Origin: Leptolyngbyaceae cyanobacterium
GTDB taxonomy: Bacteria > Cyanobacteriota > Cyanobacteriia > Phormidesmidales > Phormidesmidaceae
Direction: 5' to 3'
Assembly (NCBI GenBank): GCA_050331235.1
Contig: JBHJHA010000065.1
Location: forward strand, 1 to 44,986
Length of the DNA: 44,986 nt
Below the pieces are notes generated by a model. That model worked only from the letters and a program-made list of their open reading frames with translations. It was not told where the DNA came from and did no database searches. Each line of letters opens with the position of its first letter. Within the stretch, counting starts at the first letter, position 1. Shown piece by piece: positions 41,602 through 44,986 of the stretch. The position numbers were made by a program, and so were the translations under genes.

Positions 41602-42272
41602 ACTTTGCCTCCTGGCGATCGCCGACCGCTGAAAACTGCAACAATTAGACCTAAGACCACGATAGCGCCTCCCCAGAGGGCGATCCTATTCCATTGGTTA
41701 GACGCTGCAACGGTCGATTCGGTTTCCGGGACTGGTTTCCCAAGGGCGGTGTTAGCAACGTCTGGACCCGATTCGACGGACGGCGGGACGGACGGTTCTG
41801 AGGTCGCCGGTTGGTCAGTTGCCGTTTGATTCGCCTGGCGGGCAGCCCTAGCTACTGTAACCTCAAAGCTCAGCTCAAACTCGGCGAAATCGACGGATGA
41901 CTGGGGTTGACCAGATAGGACTAAATCATAGGTCCCCACCGCTGGCAAGGTCACCGTCGCGCTGGGAATTGCCTCATAGCCTTCGGCTGATGTTGGGGTG
42001 AGCTCAGGAGTGGCCACGGGGGCACCTTGACTGTCATAAACGTCGAGACGACAGTCGCAATCGGCAAGGGGAATGACTGTGCCACCGGCTCGAGTTAAAG
42101 CGAACCACAGCTGAGTAGGGACGCCGGCCTGAGCAATATCATTAGGCTCAATATGGAGAGTAGCGCCTACGTCTTGGCTGATTTGGACTTGGTGGGCCTG
42201 GGCGGTGCCCGGTGGGAGCGCCAGCAGGGCCGCTCCCCATAGCAGGGTAGTGATGTGGATAGAGAAGCGCAT
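41598..42272 (-). CDS. Exported, C-terminally anchored protein with predicted N-terminal His
   Basis: AQA|HQVQ cleavage site, HIEPND, CDC, Pro/Ser/Thr linker, TM helix followed by RR. Confidence 0.8.
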   Translation of the reverse strand: MRFSIHITTLLWGAALLALPPGTAQAHQVQISQDVGATLHIEPNDIAQAGVPTQLWFALTRAGGTVIPLADCDCRLDVYDSQGAPVATPELTPTSAEGYEAIPSATVTLPAVGTYDLVLSGQPQSSVDFAEFELSFEVTVARAARQANQTATDQPATSEPSVPPSVESGPDVANTALGKPVPETESTVAASNQWNRIALWGGAIVVLGLIVAVFSGRRSPGGKV

Positions 42273-42275
42273 AGT

Positions 42276-43568
42276 TTAAGAGTGATGAGTCGATTGAGGC
42301 GATCGCTGAGGGCTGCCCTGCGAAGGGCACATCGGCTTTGGACGGACGGCGGTATACCAGCGCTCTAACCCCAGCAGCTTCCAACAGGCTGCTGAACGGA
42401 CAGCCAAAACCAGCAGCAGTCCGCCAAGCAGCAAACTGGTCATAAGCATCGGCATTCCCCAGGTTTGTAGACTCCCGAGGTAACTAGAACCCGCTAAAAC
42501 GGCATGTCCACAACCGCAGATCAGGGCCGGCACGCTCAAAAGGTGGAGCGATCGCCAAGCCCGACCGAGGTACCGTTGTGCCCCATCGGTACTCGTTAAC
42601 GCTAAGGGGAGCAACAGCAGTAGTGAAATCATGCCCGCCACCATTCCCCACTGGTGCTGCAGCAGCATGAAGCGAACGGCGGCGGGATTCCAGTTCCAGC
42701 TGTGCTCCAGCATATGAACGGTATGCGCTACCGCTAAAACAAAGCCGCTAACCCCTAACAGCCGTCGAAATTTGAGAGGGCAGTGCCAAAGCTTGCCGAG
42801 GGGGCGGGCAACCAACGCTAAGGCCAAGCAGAGCAACGCCAAATGCCCCGCGTAATCCACCATCAGATCCCCCGTCCGAAAGAGGGTCAATACGCCGATG
42901 AGCAATGTCAGCCAGCCCCCAAACTGAAAGAGTTGGCTGCGGCGATCGCGGTTGAGCCAGGCGCTGTAGGTGCCCATGCCGATCATGGTGGGAAGTGTGC
43001 CCAGGCCAAAAGCGCCCATGGTGGCAGCACCGAGCCAGGGTGAGCTAGTCGCGGCGGCTTTGAGCTGAGCGGTGTAGAGGAATCCGCAGGGAATCAACCC
43101 CCAAGCAAAGCCGAGGACCAAGGGCGTCCACCACTGAGACGACTGCGATGTGACCGTCATCACAGTTTGTAGACGGGCGTGCAGCGCTCCTTTGATAGGG
43201 TGCAGCAATGGCAATTTGGGCAGTAGCTCTGGGGCGATTTGACGAAGCCCTAAACCGATGAGCAGCGTACCTGTCGCGATCGCCATGGTGCGGCGCAGGA
43301 TGCTGCCTACCCCTGCCACCTGACCGCTGGCGACCAGCACAGAACCTAATCCCCCAATGGCGGCCCCGACCAAGACATAGCTGGCTAGCCGACCGCAGTT
43401 GAGGCAAAGATGAAAGCGAACTTGTTGACGGGGACTCAAGGATGGCGTGGCCTCTTGCCCCGGGGCATTGGTCAATGAAAAGGCGATCGCAATGGGACCA
43501 CACATACCAACACAGTGGCCAAAACTGCCGACAAATCCTAATACTGCAATGAGTCCTAGCTCTAGCAC
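42276..43568 (-). CDS. DsbD_2/TauE-like HCxxMC membrane domain fused to MsrQ/ferric-reductase-like domain
   Basis: GSFGHCVGMCGP, GRLASY, GLIPCGFLY, FGLGTLP; then RRLLG...HTVH...LALTS...LG..WRSLHLL...H. Confidence 0.85.
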   Translation of the reverse strand: MLELGLIAVLGFVGSFGHCVGMCGPIAIAFSLTNAPGQEATPSLSPRQQVRFHLCLNCGRLASYVLVGAAIGGLGSVLVASGQVAGVGSILRRTMAIATGTLLIGLGLRQIAPELLPKLPLLHPIKGALHARLQTVMTVTSQSSQWWTPLVLGFAWGLIPCGFLYTAQLKAAATSSPWLGAATMGAFGLGTLPTMIGMGTYSAWLNRDRRSQLFQFGGWLTLLIGVLTLFRTGDLMVDYAGHLALLCLALALVARPLGKLWHCPLKFRRLLGVSGFVLAVAHTVHMLEHSWNWNPAAVRFMLLQHQWGMVAGMISLLLLLPLALTSTDGAQRYLGRAWRSLHLLSVPALICGCGHAVLAGSSYLGSLQTWGMPMLMTSLLLGGLLLVLAVRSAACWKLLGLERWYTAVRPKPMCPSQGSPQRSPQSTHHS

Positions 43569-43574
43569 AGCCGG

Positions 43575-44384
43575 CTACCCTTCTAACGTCAGAAATTGCT
43601 CTAGGGCATCGGCCATTTTGGGTGGCCAGCGGCGAATCGTGCGCACCCACTCAATATCTTTGTAGCGCTGGTCTAAACCAGAGACGGCAACCCACTGACT
43701 TTCGGCTTCACCGCGCTGGTTTTGCGCCCAGAGTCCTGCGGTGAGAGCGGCCCTGGCATCTGGAAAGTTGGGATACTTACGCACGAGACCTCGCAGCACC
43801 TGCAGCGCTTTATCCGTTTGACCAACCTGATACAAAGCCAGCCCATAGTTGACCCGCGCTAGAGCAAAGTTAGGACTGAGCTCGGCGGCTTGTTGATAAT
43901 CGGCGATCGCCGCTGCCCAATCGCCTTGACCCGCTTTGGCGTTGCCTCGATTGTTGAGCGCACCCACTTCAGTCTCATCCAGAGACAGCACGCGATTATA
44001 GTCGGCGATCGCTGCTGGCCAAGCCTGTTGCATTTCATAAGCAGCTCCCCGGTTAAGATACGGGTCGATTTCGTCGGGAGCTAAGGCGATCGCCTGGGTG
44101 TAGTCATCAATGGCCGCCTGCAACTGCAGTTGACTGGCGCGCACCATACCACGATTACTCCAGATGGCCGCTTCTTGGGGCAAATAGTCTAATAACTCAG
44201 TCCAAAACTGCTCAGCCGCAGCATAATCACCCTCGCGGCTGGTAATCAGCGCTTTTTCGCGCAGGGTGGCGATCGCCTGAATATCAGCTTGGCTAAATTC
44301 GGTGGGACTGTCCGCAGCGATCGCCGGCGGCACTCCGCCCCAGAGCAGCACCAAACATAGGCAAAGACCCCAAATTAATCGCAT
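43575..44384 (-). CDS. Exported TPR protein
   Basis: Signal peptide; WSNRG, YLNRG, LNNRG TPR units; GAGG SD before ATG 44384. Confidence 0.9.
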   Translation of the reverse strand: MRLIWGLCLCLVLLWGGVPPAIAADSPTEFSQADIQAIATLREKALITSREGDYAAAEQFWTELLDYLPQEAAIWSNRGMVRASQLQLQAAIDDYTQAIALAPDEIDPYLNRGAAYEMQQAWPAAIADYNRVLSLDETEVGALNNRGNAKAGQGDWAAAIADYQQAAELSPNFALARVNYGLALYQVGQTDKALQVLRGLVRKYPNFPDARAALTAGLWAQNQRGEAESQWVAVSGLDQRYKDIEWVRTIRRWPPKMADALEQFLTLEG

Positions 44385-44586
44385 AATCGCCTCAGGCCAG
44401 GGCATGACGTCAAAATCATGGTGGATAACTTCTATAGCCTATCGACTCATGGGCCCAATCGGCATAGGAAACCTGCCCCAGAGGGAAAGTCATTCAGTAA
44501 AAGATGACACTGACGTAACCTGACGGTCCCAAAATAGCGTGATTGCACTAACATGAATGTCCAAACACGCTAGATGTAGGCGACCC

Positions 44587-44986
44587 GTGGCTGACTATCA
44601 ACCTTCTTTGCTGTCGACAGCAGATCTTAAAGCGGCAGAGGTGTCTTGGGCCTACCATCACCGTACCGCTTCCCAGGTCTCCCTATCGGGACCGGAGCTA
44701 GCGGCTTGGAAGACGCGAATTAGAACGTTTCAGCAGTCGATCCATACCGGGGCAACGGTGCAGGGCAGCTTATTTGAAACCTCCCCCCCTCCAGCCGAGG
44801 CGATCGACCCATTCACTTTGCCCCCTCGTAACGCTGAGTTTTGGCGGGAGCAAATCAGCGATGTCGGCAAGGCAGCCTTGTACTTTGTGGACGATCGCCC
44901 AGCCCAACTGCTGTTATACGTGGGCGAAACCGTCAAAGCCAACCAGCGCTGGAAAGGCACCCACGACTGCAAGCGCTACATTTTGA
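44587..44986 (+). CDS. GIY-YIG family protein (truncated by window end)
   Basis: Not in ORF track. Frame from GTG 44587 is open to the end: ADYQPSLL...WKTRIRTFQQ...IDPFTLP...AALYFVDD...LLLYVGET..ANQRWKG.HDCKRYI. Confidence 0.75.
   Translation, partial: MADYQPSLLSTADLKAAEVSWAYHHRTASQVSLSGPELAAWKTRIRTFQQSIHTGATVQGSLFETSPPPAEAIDPFTLPPRNAEFWREQISDVGKAALYFVDDRPAQLLLYVGETVKANQRWKGTHDCKRYIL

Noticed and set aside
43045..43650. 201-aa alternate-frame ORF over the fusion gene
   Set aside because: Arg/Ser-rich with no motifs; overlaps two well-supported genes.

Overview
Chromosomal window from a cyanobacterium. Evidence: psbD, chlL/chlN, ycf54, btpA and dense HIP1 GCGATCGC octamers; gene content suggests a Leptolyngbya-like filamentous strain (inference). 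It is mostly core genes: psbD (truncated), chlL-DUF5331-chlN, an EF-G paralogue, mazG, PBP1A, tyrS, pyrF, rbpA-rpsU, murG, ycf54, pdxJ, lipA, rimO, btpA, gyrA. I found no tRNA, rRNA, CRISPR array or intact mobile element. Best leads: (1) an intact ORF for a RAYT/Y1 HUH transposase homologue that has lost its HUH histidines and catalytic Tyr, followed by an apparently self-contained ~160-nt structured RNA with its own sigma70-type promoter and terminator; (2) a tight four-gene operon containing a fusion of an HCxxMC membrane domain to an MsrQ/ferric-reductase-like domain plus an anchored exported protein with predicted His1, a candidate metal reduction/uptake system; (3) a Spy/CpxP-like plus Coq4-like pair divergent from a NarL-type two-component system; (4) cis-elements: a stem hiding the rbpA start and an NtcA-type box over the comFB promoter; (5) an unusual D2 N190I codon. 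All family calls come from motif recognition by eye, not from database searches.
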